A stretch of 64,000 nucleotides of DNA from Scyliorhinus canicula (lineage: Eukaryota). A model generated the notes under the pieces. It saw nothing but the letters and a program-made list of their open reading frames with translations, had not been told where the DNA came from and did no database searches. The stretch spans positions 16,277,327 to 16,341,326 of the forward strand of contig NC_052172.1 of NCBI RefSeq assembly GCF_902713615.1, written 5' to 3'. Positions 52,068 to 64,000 of this stretch are shown here, in pieces (the first letter of the stretch is position 1; each line of letters starts with the position of its first letter). The translations under genes were made by a program, and so were the position numbers.

Positions 52068-55000
52068 CCTGAAGTAAGACTTAGATAGTCGCTAGTAACT
52101 TCAACAAAGGACTCGAGAGAAATGTCTTCATCCAGGGAATGTGGAACTCACACGCAGGGAGTGACTGATGCATTTCAGGGAAAGCTAGAGACACGCATTA
52201 AGGAGGGAGAACGAAACACAAGAATATGCTGACAGGATAAGGGAAAAAAACATTGGAGGAGGCTCAGAAACATTGGCACAAACCAGCACTTGCTGAACAA
52301 TCCTGACTGTGCTGAGAATTACACCGGCAATCAGTTTGAGATTATCTGCCGGGCTAAGACTATGGCCCATTTACAGGAAGCTGTACGTATTCATACACAG
52401 AGCCCCTGCCCTGCACTAACAGAAATAACTTGGCCACACATTGCGCCTCTTCCCATTAAACAAACGCTTGGGGGACAGCCATTCCCTGGGTCATTCTTCA
52501 GGGTGATGGCTTGACCAATCAGAGTCGACCTGCCTGCTCTGAAGTCAGGCAACAGCTTGGCAGTTAACTCTTCCCTGATGCCTTCTCCATGTCAACTCCT
52601 CGACCAATCAGAGTTCACGTGCCCGCTGAGCAGCACTCTCTCTTACGCAGTATAAATCCACACACTCAGATCAAATGCCACTTATCATTACGTTTGACAC
52701 TCAATGGCTTACAGATCGTCCTTGGGGGGAGAAGCTTTCAGAAGTCAGTCTGAGAAACACACCTCCTGTCCTCAGGAATCCAGAGCAGAACTCACAGAAT
52801 TGTCACAGAATTTCCAGTGCAGAAGGAGGCCATTCGGCCCATCGAGTCTGCACCGGCTCTTGGAAAGAGCACCTTACCCAAGGTCAACACCTCCACCCTA
52901 TCCCCATAACCCAGTAACCCCACCCAACACTAAGGGCAATTTAGGACACTAAGGGGCAATTTATCACGGCCAATCCACCTAAACCTGCACATCTTTGGAC
53001 TGTGGGAGGAAACCGGAGCACCCGGAGGAAACCCACGCAGACACGGGGAGGATGTGCAGACTCCGCACAGACAGTGACCCAAGCCGGAATCGAACCTGGG
53101 ACCCTGGAGCTGTGAAGCAATTGTGCTATCCACAATGCTACCGAGACTAAAAACAACAGACGTGGGGCAGGGCAGAAAAAGAAACTAAAAAAACACCCCT
53201 TAATCACAGCTTTAGCAGACATATAAACTGGACACCGTAACTTTATTAATTTTTTTAAAATAAATTTAGAATACCCAATTTTTTTTTTCCAATTAAGGGG
53301 CAATTTAGCCTGGCCAATCCACCTACCCTGCACATCTTTGAGTTGTGGGGGCGAAACCCACGCAGACACGGGGAGAATGTGCAAACTCCACACGGACAGT
53401 AACCCAGAGCCGGGATCGAATCCGGGAACTCGGCGCCGTGAGGCAGCAGTGCTGCCCTCTGAATACGTTAACCTAAGTAACCATATATAAATTACATACA
53501 TGGATCGCAATCTATTGGGCTCCTGAACACACATAAGAAATAAGAGGGGTAAACCATTCGGCCCATCAAGCCTGCCTCACCATTCAATCCAATCTTGGCT
53601 GATACTATGTCTCCCTTTTCTCTTCCATTGAGATGTTGAACTGAGGCCTCTAATGCCCCTTCAGGTGGATATTAAAAAAAAACACTGACTTTTTTTTCCC
53701 CAACCCCAGTAGGGTCTCAGTTTAACATCTCTTCTGAGGAACAGCACCTCTGGCAGTGCGGGGTTTCCTCAGTCCTGCACCAGAGGGGCCAGCCAGGATT
53801 CTGCGCCAAGTCTCTGGGCTGGCATTTGAACCCACGCAGTTCAGTCTGGGAGGGCAGAGTGATACCCAGCGAGCTCCTGAAGGAGATTGAGCCCCTCAAA
53901 GGTGCCTATTTCTTTGAAATTTACTCTTTCGTAAGGGTGTGGACTCACCCCTAATTGCCCTTTGAACTGAGTGCTGGGTCAGCAGCTAAGAGTCAACCAC
54001 ATTGCCGTGGATCTGGAGTCACGTGTAGGACAGACCCGGTAAAGACGGCAGATTTCCTTCCGCCTAGTGAACCAGACGGGCTTTTAAAAAAAAAAAAAAT
54101 TTTAGAGTACCCAATTATTTTTTTCCAATTAAGGGGCAATTTAGCGTGGCCAATCCACCTACCCTGCCCATCTTTTTGGGTTGTGGGGGCGAAACCCATG
54201 CAGACACGGGGAGAATGTGCAAACTCCTCACAGACAGTGACCCAGGGCCGGGATTCGAACCCAGGTCCTCAGCGCCGTAGGCAGCAATGCTAACCATTGT
54301 GCCACCGAGCTGCCCCCCAGATGGGCTTTTAACGGCCAATTGATGATTACTGAGTCTAGTATTAATTGATTGAATTTAGGGCGGCACGGTGGCACAGTGG
54401 TTAGCACTGCTGCCTCACGGCGCGGAGGACCCAGGTTCGATCCTGGCCCTGGGTCAGTGTCCGTGTGGAGTTTGCACATTCTCCCCGTGTCTGCGTGGGT
54501 TTCACCCCCACAACCCAAAGATGTGCAGGGTAGGTGGATTGGCTACGCTAAATTGCCCCTGAATAGGAAGAAATGAATTGGGCACTCTAAATTAATTTTT
54601 TTTTAATTAATTGAATTAAATTCCACCAGCCTTATGGGTTTGAACGGATGTCTCCAGCGAATTAGCCTGGGGTCTCTGAATTACTGATCCAGCAACATCA
54701 CCACTGTACCCCAACAAAAAAACCAACCCCTTTAGAAAAGGAGGGAGACAATTAGGTGTGGGATAAGAAGACTGAAATAATTTAGATTCCAGTTTAGAAG
54801 CAGACACTTATTCATTTGGATTCCCGATTGGTCCTGCAGCATTTATTGAATAGAATCATAGAATCACTACCGTGCAGGAGACCATTCGGCCCATCGAGTC
54901 TGCACCGACCCTCCAAATAAGCACCTTACCCAGGCCCTCCCTATCTGCATTACCTTTCGGACACTAAGGGAAAAATTTAGCACAGTCAATGCAACTAACC

Positions 55001-56399
55001 ATCTAACCTAACCTACACATCTTTGAACTGTGCGAGGAAACCGGAGGACACCCGGAATCCTCCGGAAGGTCGTGGGCAACACGTTAGCACAGTCGTTAGC
55101 ACTGTTGCTTCACACCGCCAGGGACCTGGATTCGACTCCCGGCTTGGGTCACTGTCTGTGCGGAGTCTGCACGTTCTCCCCGTGTCTGCGTGGGTTTCTT
55201 CCGGGCGCTCCGGTTTCCTCCCACAAGTCCCGAAAAATGTGCTCTTTTGGTGAATTGGACATTCTAAATTCTCCCTCCGTGTACCCGAACAGGCGCCGGA
55301 ATGTGGCGACTAGGGGCTTTTCACAGTAACTTCATTGCAGTGTTAATGTCAGCCTACTTGTGACAATAATAAAGATAATTATTATTAAACCCACGCAGAC
55401 ATTTTTTTTTTTAAAATTTAGATTAGCCAATTATCTTTTCCAATTAAGGGGCAATTTAGCGTGGCCAATCCACCTACTCTGCACATTTTTGGGTTGTGGG
55501 GGCGAAACCCACGCAGACACGGGGAGAATGTGCAAACTCCACACGGACAGTGACCCAGAGCCGGGATCGAACCTGGGACCTCAGCGCCGTGAGGCGGATG
55601 TGCTAACCACTAGGCCACCGTGCTGCCCGTACCCACGCAGACATAGGGAGAAGGTGCAAACTCCACAGTTACCCTAGATCGGAATCGAACCCGAGTCCCT
55701 GACGCTGTGAGGCAACAGTGCTAACCACTGTGCCGGGGTTCTTGATCCCAATTGCAGACTGGGGAGTCTGACGAGAAGGTCCGGGGTGCGGGGAAGCTCG
55801 GCTTACTTTTCCCCCCGCTGCCCTAACTGGTCCTAAAAGGCCGGCTTGCTGCCGCTGAATGGATGATCACTTGTGCAAGAAACCGCACGGTGACCATCCC
55901 TACCAGGTGCGGCAGTGAAACCTGTCGACGGTTCATACGGCTGCTACTGTGCGTCGGTGGTGGAGGAAGCAAATGGAATGCCAATCGAACTGTGGAGAAT
56001 GCAGAGGGGTTCAATGAAGGAAAAATATACCCTTAAAGCCAAGGAAATGTTGATGTGGGAATAGAAAACCTGCTTTACCCGTCTCTGGACCTGGGTTTGG
56101 CATTAGAGGGGTAACGCTGTCTGGCTCCTGTTCATAACACCGCAGTATCGATTGGTGTGAGGAGGGGGGGGGGGCACGTGCATCTCCCTCACCCTGATTT
56201 TCCTCTCACTGCCTGTGGGATGGGGGTATCTGCTCAGTCCGATCTTGCCCCTCTGATTTCAGCTCAAAGACTGTGAGCTCAGTGCATGGAATCGTGAGGT
56301 TGAATCTCGGCTTTATCCTCCTCCTCTCTGCCTGCTGTTTGTGCTGGTGTGGAAAATGGCCGGAGTTGGTGGTGCGCAAGCGATGCCTGAAGAACCTCA

Positions 56400-58750
56400 C
56401 CCCAACGGGAGACAGAGCCCGGGGATCTGTACCCTGACAGGAGGCAGGGCCTGGGGATCTGTACCCTGACAGGAGACAGGGCCCGGGGATCTGTAGCCCA
56501 ACAGGAGGCAGGGCCTGGGGATCTGTACCCTGACAGGAGACAGGGCCCGGGGATCTGTACCCTGACAGGAGACAGGGCCTGGGGATCTGTAGCCCAACAG
56601 GAGACAGGGCCTGGGGATCTGTACCCTGACAGGAGACAGGGCCTGGGGATCTGTACCCTGACAGGAGACAGGGCCCGGGGATCTGTACCCTGACAGGAGA
56701 CAGGGCCCGGGGATCTGTACCCTGACAGGAGACAGGGCCTGGGGATCTGTAGCCCAACAGGAGACAGTACCTGGGGATCTGTACCCAGACAGGAGACAGG
56801 GCCTGGGGGATCTGTACCCTGACAGGAGACAGGGCCTGGGGATCTGTACCCTGACAGGAGACAGGGCCCGGGGATCTGAACCCTGACAGGAGACAGGGCC
56901 CGGGGATCTGTACTCTGACAGGAGACAGGGCCTGGGGATCTGTACCCTGACAGGAGACAGAGCCTGGGGATCTGTACCCTGACAGGAGACAGGGCCTGGG
57001 GATCTGTACCCTGACAGGAGACAGGGCCTGGGGATCTGTAGCCCAACAGGAGACAGGGCCTGGGGATCTGTACCCTGACAGGAGACAGGGCCTGGGGATC
57101 TGTACCCTGACAGGAGACAGGGCCTGGGGATCTGTACCCTGGCAGGAGACAGGGCCTGGGGATCTGTACCCAACAGAGGCAGGGCCTGGGGATCTGTACC
57201 CCAACAGGAGACAGGGCCTGGGGAACTGTACCCCAACAGAGGCAGGGCCTGGGGATCTGTACCCCAACAGAGGCAGGGCCTGGGGATCTGTACCCCAACA
57301 GGAGACAGGGCCTGGGGAACTGTACCCCAACAGAGGCAGGGCCTGGGGATCTGTACCCTGGCAGGAGACAGGGCCTGGGGATCTGTACCCTGACAGGAGT
57401 CAGGGCCTGGGGATCTGTACCCTGGCAGGAGACAGGGCCTGGGGATCTGTACCCAACAGAGGCAGGGCCTGGGGATCTGTACCCCAACAGGAGACAGGGC
57501 CTGGGGAACTGTACCCCAACAGAGGCAGGGCCTGGGGATCTGTACCCCAACAGAGGCAGGGCCTGGGGATCTGTACCCCAACAGGAGACAGGGCCTGGGG
57601 AACTGTACCCCAACAGAGGCAGGGCCTGGGGATCTGTACCCTGGCAGGAGACAGGGCCTGGGGATCTGTACCCAACAGAGGCAGGGCCTGGGGATCTGTA
57701 CCCCAACAGGAGACAGGGCCTGGGGAACTGTACCCCAACAGAGGCAGGGCCTGGGGATCTGTACCCCAACAGAGGCAGGGCCCGGGGAACTGTATCCCAA
57801 CAGGAGACAGGGCCTGGGGAACTGTACCCCAACAGAGGCAGGGCCTGGGGATCTGTACCCTGACAGGAGACAGGGCCTGGGGATTTGTACCCTGACAGGA
57901 GACAGGGCCTGGGGATCTGTACCCCGACAGGAGACAGGGCCCGGGGATCTGTACCCTGACAGGAGACAGGGCCTGGGGATCTGTACCCTGACAGGGGACA
58001 GGGCCTGGGGATCTGTACCCTGACAGGAGACAGGGCCTGGGGATCTGTAGCCCAACAGGAGACAGGGCCTGGGGATCTGTACCCTGACAGGAGACAGGGC
58101 CTGGGGATCTGTAGCCCAACAGGAGACAGGGCCTGGGGATCTGTAGCCCGACAGGAAACAGGGCCTGGGGATCTGTACCCTGACAGGAGACAGGGCCTGG
58201 GGATCTGTACCCTGACAGAAGACAGGGCCTGAGGATCTGTACCCTGACAGGAGACAGGGCCTGGGGATCTGTACCCCAACAGGAGACAGGGCCTGGGGAT
58301 CTGTACCCTGACAGGAGACAGGGCCTGAGGATCTGTACCCTGACAGGAGACAGGGCCTGGGGATCTGTACCCCAACAGGAGACAGGGCCAGGGGAAACTA
58401 CCCCAACAGGAGACAGGGCCTGGGGGATCTGTACCCCAACAGGAGACAGGGCCTGGGGAACTGTACCCCAACAGGAGAGAGGGCCTGGGGGACTGTACCC
58501 CAACAGGAGAGAGGCCTGGGGGAACTGTACCCCAACAGGAGACAGGACCTGGGGATCTGTACCCCAACAGGAAACAGGGCCTGGGGAACTGTACCCCAAC
58601 AGGAGACAGGACCTGGGGATCTGTACCCCAACAGGACAGGGCCTGGGGGTACTGTACCCCAACTGGAGACAGGGCCTGGGGATCTGTACCCCAATAGGAG
58701 ACAGGGCCTGGGGGAACTGTACCCCAACTGGAGACAGGGCCTGGGGAACT
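56400..58750 (+). repeat. ~32-bp GC-rich minisatellite, ~70 or more copies
   Basis: Unit ggggatctgtaccctgacaggagacagggcct plus shorter variants. Confidence 0.95.
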
Positions 58751-58755
58751 ACACG

Positions 58756-59112
58756 GTCAGAGGTTCTGTCTTTCTGATGAAATACATCTTGGATGAGATG
58801 TTAGACCGATGCCATGTCTGCCTGCTCAGGCGGTTGAAGAAAGATCCCATGGTGCCATTTTGAAGAGGGAGGGGGCAAGATCTCCCCCCTCTCTATGCTG
58901 CCCAATCCTTATCCCTCAATCACCATCACAAAACAAAGGTTCGTCTGATCATTACCACATTGCTGTTTCTGGGATCTTGCTGTGCGTAAATTGGCTGTAA
59001 TCCCCGCATTACAACAGCGGCGACATTTCGAAAGGGACCTCAATGGCTGGAAACCGCTCCGCGGTATCTGTTGGGTATGTAGGGCGCTATATATATGCAA
59101 ACATTTCTTCTT
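58756..59112 (+). mobile_element. Deu-domain SINE (SacSINE1/AmnSINE1-like); other copies at ~24410-25430, ~17310-17460 and ~53620-53880
   Basis: ggatgagatgttagaccga...aaagatcccatgg...atccctcaatc...cattgctgtt..gggatcttgctgtgcgtaaattggctg...gcgctatatatatgcaa matches the Deu-SINE layout as recalled. Confidence 0.7.
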
Positions 59113-62100
59113 TTCGATTTCGGAGCTGCAATCCTTGCCGGGAGGTGTTGTCACCCACCGCTGCTGACTCAGCACAGATCTGGGATTGGATTGGGTACGT
59201 CACCACAATGGGCCATCGGGGGCTTGGGTGGGTGGGGAGGGGGAGAGATTGGCAGACCCCTGTTTATCCCCTGCTGCAAACTGCCACGTCTCCAGAGTGG
59301 GGGGGGGGGGGTCAGCCCAGTGCTGCTTCAGAGGGGTCAGTATTTGAAGTACGCCGGGGGTGTCTTCTGCAAGGGTTAACTGCAAAGGTCATTTCCCCAC
59401 CTCAGACTCCATAACGGCCCCCCCCCCCCCCCCTCTTTAACAATCCCTCGGGTAACCCAGGACCAAGGGGCCACCTTGAAATCTCAGCCTCGAACACAGT
59501 CATCACCTCCGACACAGACTCTCTGGGTAGATCGATTAGCGTAGCTCTCTGGGTGATTTAGCCTCTCTCTTTCCACGCTCCCACCCCCACTGCCCGAACT
59601 GCATCCAGCTTTGCCTTCCCAGGATGTTAGCGAGATGGTGACAACTCTCCCAGTGACCCCCCCCCCCCCCCCCCCCGCATCCCACCACCCTGAGAAATAA
59701 TTAATCATTGCCTTCTCTCCCTAGACTTGCCCCTTCAGCTCCAATGGGGAGAAGCCTTTTAGTTATTCCCCCCCCCCCCCCCCCCCCCCCCACTCCTCAG
59801 CGCAAGTAGAGGGGAAAGCAGCAGTGAGGGGATGGCATGGTAACACAGTGGTTAGCACTGTTGCCTCACAGCGCCAGGGTCCCAGGTTCGATTCCCGGCT
59901 TGGGTCACTGTCTGTGCAGAGTCTGCACGTTCTCCCCGTGTCTGCGTGGGTTTCCTCCGGGTGCTCCGGTTTCCTCCCACAAGCCCCGAAAGACGGGCTT
60001 GTTAGGTGAATTGGACATTCTGAATTATCCCTCCGTGTACCCGAACAGGCGCCGGAATGTGGCGACGAGGGGATTATCACAGTAACTTTATTGCAGTGTT
60101 AATGTAAGCCTACTGGTGACAATAATAAAGATTATTATGAATAGGAGCACATTGCGTCAAAGAATCACATCGTGGCGGCCCAGCTGGGGGTGTCGAAGCG
60201 TAAGACCCCCTCCGACCCTCGAGGAAGCCCAGCTTGCAGCCTCTGTGCCATTTTGGAGTCAGGTGCACGTCGAACAGACTGGCAGCAGACCCCACTCACT
60301 GGAGGCCAGGGCCAGAGGGAGAGATGCCAACGCTGGGGTTTGACTGGGGGGGGGGGGGGGGGGGGGGGGGGGAGAGCCCAGAAGAGATAGAAAGTCAGAA
60401 ATATTGCGCACAGCCGGGGAACGAGACATGTTTAAAACAAGTGACATTTTCCTTTTTCAAGGTGGTGGTGGGGGAGGGGGAGGCGAGAGAGGGGGAGGGG
60501 GAGGGGGTGGGGTTGGTGTGAGGTGATGCAGGGAAGTGAGGGGGGGGTGGGTGGGGGACGTTACACACAGAAATATAAAGGGAGATGCAAGCCAGTTCTG
60601 GAAAGGACTAGGAGTTAAGCAACCCACAACAAACAGCTTGGGGGCCGAGCTACCAGTGGCAACAGAACCATAAATTCGGGACGCACCGAAAGCTGTCCCC
60701 TTCCTGATTTTAACTTGCGAGTTCTTTCGAACGCCCCCCCCCGGTACTCCCCTTCTTACCTTCATCACACAGAAGTAGGTAGCAGAGTGCGGTGACTCCT
60801 GTCCAAGGTTGCTGCTAATCTAGGCCCCTGCTTTGCCATCTGCTGCAGGCCACAAGTGGGAAGGTCTGAAACACACACATATGCGCGCACACACAGACAC
60901 ACACACAGATTAGCAGGGGAAGGAGGGAGATCAAAATGATTCAGATTCTGCGGCAAACTGCTTCCCGTAACATCTTTCCGACTATAAATCCTTCCCCCTC
61001 CGCCCCCCGTTCAAGGTGAAAGTGGCCGGGGAGGCTCTGTGTTTGGAAAGCCGGAATACTGTAGTACCCTTCCTGGTTTAACAATATCTGCAAAAGCTAA
61101 AAGGGAGGTAGGCCATTTGTTGACAGGCACTTACGAGACGCCGAGAGCCTATCATGAGGCAGGATTCACGGCATGTCTATATATGGACGGCAGAGTTACT
61201 CTGATCTGCCAGGGCTTGTTAGGGAGAATAAAAAGCTCAACATAGCTACAGAGTGTGGAGTGAGGGACAGTCGTGTTGAGGCATTAACCCATTCCTGCCT
61301 GTTACCCTCCTCTCCCCGACACAGTTGGGGGGGGGGGGGGGGCTGTGCTCACACAATACGAGCAATATAGGATGAGCTGGAGGCCCTTCGGCCCTGTCAG
61401 GCTCGTTCTGTCCCTCGCAGGCTGGTTACCGCACAGTAGGGAGGCCGTTTGGCCCCTCAGGCTGGCGTGCGGGTGCTTGCTGTGCACCAGTTAGCTCCAG
61501 GCGTCTCCTGCGTTGTGGCTTCGAGAGCACTTCACTGGGTGGGAAGGCAGTTTGGAACGTTCCAAGGTTATGAAAGGGACCCACATGAAGGCAAAGTTCT
61601 GGTGTTCTTGAACACTGATACAAGGTATTGACAGCAAGGTCATCTCCGGATATTATACGTTAAAAATTGGAGGATTGTGAGGGAACTGCTGATTTGCCGT
61701 CTGTATCTGGGCACGAACAGCGCGTCCAACAGAAAACTGAAGAATGGGCAGCACGGTGGCGCAGTGGTTAGCCCTGCTGTCTCACGGCGCCGAGGTCCCA
61801 GGTTCGATCCCGGCCCTGGGTCACTGTCCGTGTGGAGTCTGCACATTCTCCCCGTGTTTGCGTGGGTTTCGCCCCCACAACCCAAAGATGTGCCGGGGTA
61901 GGTGGATCGGCCACGTTAAATTGCCCCTTAATTGGAAAAAAACGAATGAATTGGGTACACTAAATTTATTAAAAGAAAGAAAACCGAAGAACGAGCTGGG
62001 TTTTTTGTGTTCCAAAATCTGTACGGCGTCTCTCTCATGGCTCCGGAGTTCAAACTTCTCCGCGGCTCTGCACCCCTTTGCCTCTGGGCTCAGACAGTGT

Positions 62101-62374
62101 GTGCGTCGGCATGCTATTCCTGTACGGGGGGGCATCACAGTTCAAACCAATACCCAATGTGCCGCCACACGCACACTTTCCAGCCAAGGGCCATTGGAAA
62201 GTCACTGGAATCATCACTAACTTCCACTCACCCACTCCCTATCCTCTGGGGAGCTGGAAAGGTTTTCTTATCTATCAGTTTCTTTTAGTAAAATCAATCC
62301 CTCTCCCTCATTGGATTCAATGCTGGGTAAGTGTTAGTCTCTGTAATTAACACAGTAATAAACACTGTAATTAT

Positions 62375-62563
62375 ATTCCAGTCTGTAACTCACTCCCGGG
62401 TATCTGTTATTCTATGTATAAACCACCCTGAACCCCTCGATTAAATTCCAGCCTGTAACTCACTCCCGGGTATCTGTTATTCTATATATAAACCACCCTG
62501 AACCCCTCGATTAGATTCCAGTCTGTAACTCACTCCCGGGTATCTGTTATTCTATATATAAAC
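62375..62563 (+). repeat. 70-bp tandem repeat, ~2.7 copies
   Basis: cactcccggg recurs at 62391, 62461 and 62531. Confidence 0.9.
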
Positions 62564-62585
62564 AGAATATACTGATACACTCCCC

Positions 62586-64000
62586 GGGGAGTGTATCAGT
62601 ATTTACAGGGGGTCCCCGGGGAGTGTGTCAGTATTTACAGGGGGTTCCCGGGGAATGTGTCAGTATTTACAGGGGGTCCTCGGGGGAGTGTGTCAGTATT
62701 TACAGGGGGTCCCCGGGGAGTGTGTCAGTATTTACAGGGGGTCCCGGGGAGTGTGTCAGTATTTACAGGGAGTCCCCAGGGAGTGTGTCAGTATTTACAG
62801 GGGGTCCCTGGGGGAGTGTGTCAGTATTTACAGGGGGTTCCCGGGGAATGTGTCAGTATTTACAGGGGGTCCTCGGGGGAGTGTGTCAGTATTTACAGGG
62901 GGTCCCCGGGGAGTGTGTCAGTATTTACAGGGGGTCCCGGGGAGTGTGTCAATATTTACAGGGGGTCCCCGGGGGAGTGTGTCAGGATTTACAGGGGGTC
63001 CCCGGGGGAGTGTGTCAGTATTTACAGGGGGTCCCCGGGGAGTGTGTCAGTATTTACAGGGGGTCCCCGGGGAGTGTGTCAGTATTTACAGGGGATTCCC
63101 GGGGAGTGTGTCAGTATTTACAGGGGGTCCCCGGGGAGTGTGTCTGTATTTACAGGGGGTCCCTGGGGAGTGTTTTGGTATTTATAGGGGGGTCCCTGGG
63201 GAGTGTGTCAGTATTTACAGGGGGTCCCTGGGGGAGTGTGTCAGTATTTACAGGGGGTCCCTGGGGAGTGTTTTGGTATTTATAGGGGGGTCCCTGGGGA
63301 GTGTGTCAGTATTTACAGAGGGTCCCCGGTGAGTGTGTCAGTATTTACAGGGGGTCCCCGGGGAGTGTGTCAGTATTTACAGATGGTCCCCGGGGAGTGT
63401 GTCAGTATTTACAGGGGGTCCCTGGGGAGTGTGTCAGTATTTACAGATGGTCCCCGGGGAGTGTGTCAGTATTTACAGGGGGTCCCTGGGGAGTGTTTTG
63501 GTATTTATAGGGGGTCCCTGGGGAGTGTTTTGGTATTTATAGGGGGGTCCCTGGGGGGGTGTGTCAGTATTTACGGGGGTCCCCGGGGAGTGTGTCAGTA
63601 TTTACAGGGGGTCCCCGGGGAGTGTGTCAGTATTTACAGGGGATCCCCGGGGAGTGTGTCAGTATTTACAGGGGATCCCCGGGGAGTGTGTCAGTATGTG
63701 TGGAGTCTGCACGTCCTCCCCGTGTGTGCGTGGGTTTCCTCCGGGTGCTCCGGTTTTCTCCCACAGTCCAAAGATGTGCGGGTTAGGTGGATTGGCCATG
63801 CTAAATTGCCCATAGTGTAAGGTTAATGGGGGGATTGTTGGGTTACGGGTATACGGGTTACGTGGGTTTAAGTAGGGTGATCATTGCTCGGCACAACATC
63901 GAGGGCCGAAGGGCCTGTTCTGTGCTGTACTGTTCTATGTTCTATGTTCTATTTACAGGGGGTCCCCGGGCAGTGTGTCAGTATTTACAGGGGGTCCCTG
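62586..64000 (+). repeat. ~32-bp minisatellite (ggggagtgtgtcagtatttacagggggtcccc) interrupted by a 5'-truncated SINE at ~63696-63951
   Basis: Tandem array that continues to the window edge. Confidence 0.95.

Noticed and set aside
56206-58727. Long ORFs up to 762 aa on the minus strand
   Set aside because: Translations of a stop-poor tandem repeat, open in several frames at once, with no unique coding sequence
62591-63820. Repetitive ORFs; CRISPR-like appearance
   Set aside because: Tandem satellite with no unique spacers, no cas genes and a eukaryotic context

Overview
Vertebrate nuclear DNA, most likely from a catshark-like elasmobranch (inferred from HE1/V-SINE, Deu-SINE and CR1 repeat content). 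Three protein-coding genes lie in tandem on the minus strand. (1) An intronless FoxG forkhead gene (6604-7641), FOXG1-like but divergent and probably the FoxG3 paralog. (2) A complete QPCTL (isoQC) gene with 7 coding exons, reconstructed by hand (33267-19050, 381 aa, all introns GT-AG). (3) FBXO46, with a single coding exon (42246-44210). The rest is densely nested repeats: dozens of tRNA-derived SINEs; CR1, Rex1/Babar and L1 LINE fragments; a decayed Gmr1-like Gypsy element; solo LTRs; a Harbinger-like MITE; Penelope-like remnants; and several minisatellites. There is a 636-N assembly gap at 19995-20630. Most notable: an intact minimal hammerhead ribozyme (45283-45319) in a Penelope pLTR inserted sense into the FBXO46 upstream intron, a minisatellite derived from the Deu-SINE domain, a SINE subfamily that appears to have switched to L1-type mobilisation, and a perfect 34-bp palindrome at the start of a satellite. 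Repeat family names come from recognition of motifs, not database searches, and repeat boundaries are approximate unless a TSD is quoted.
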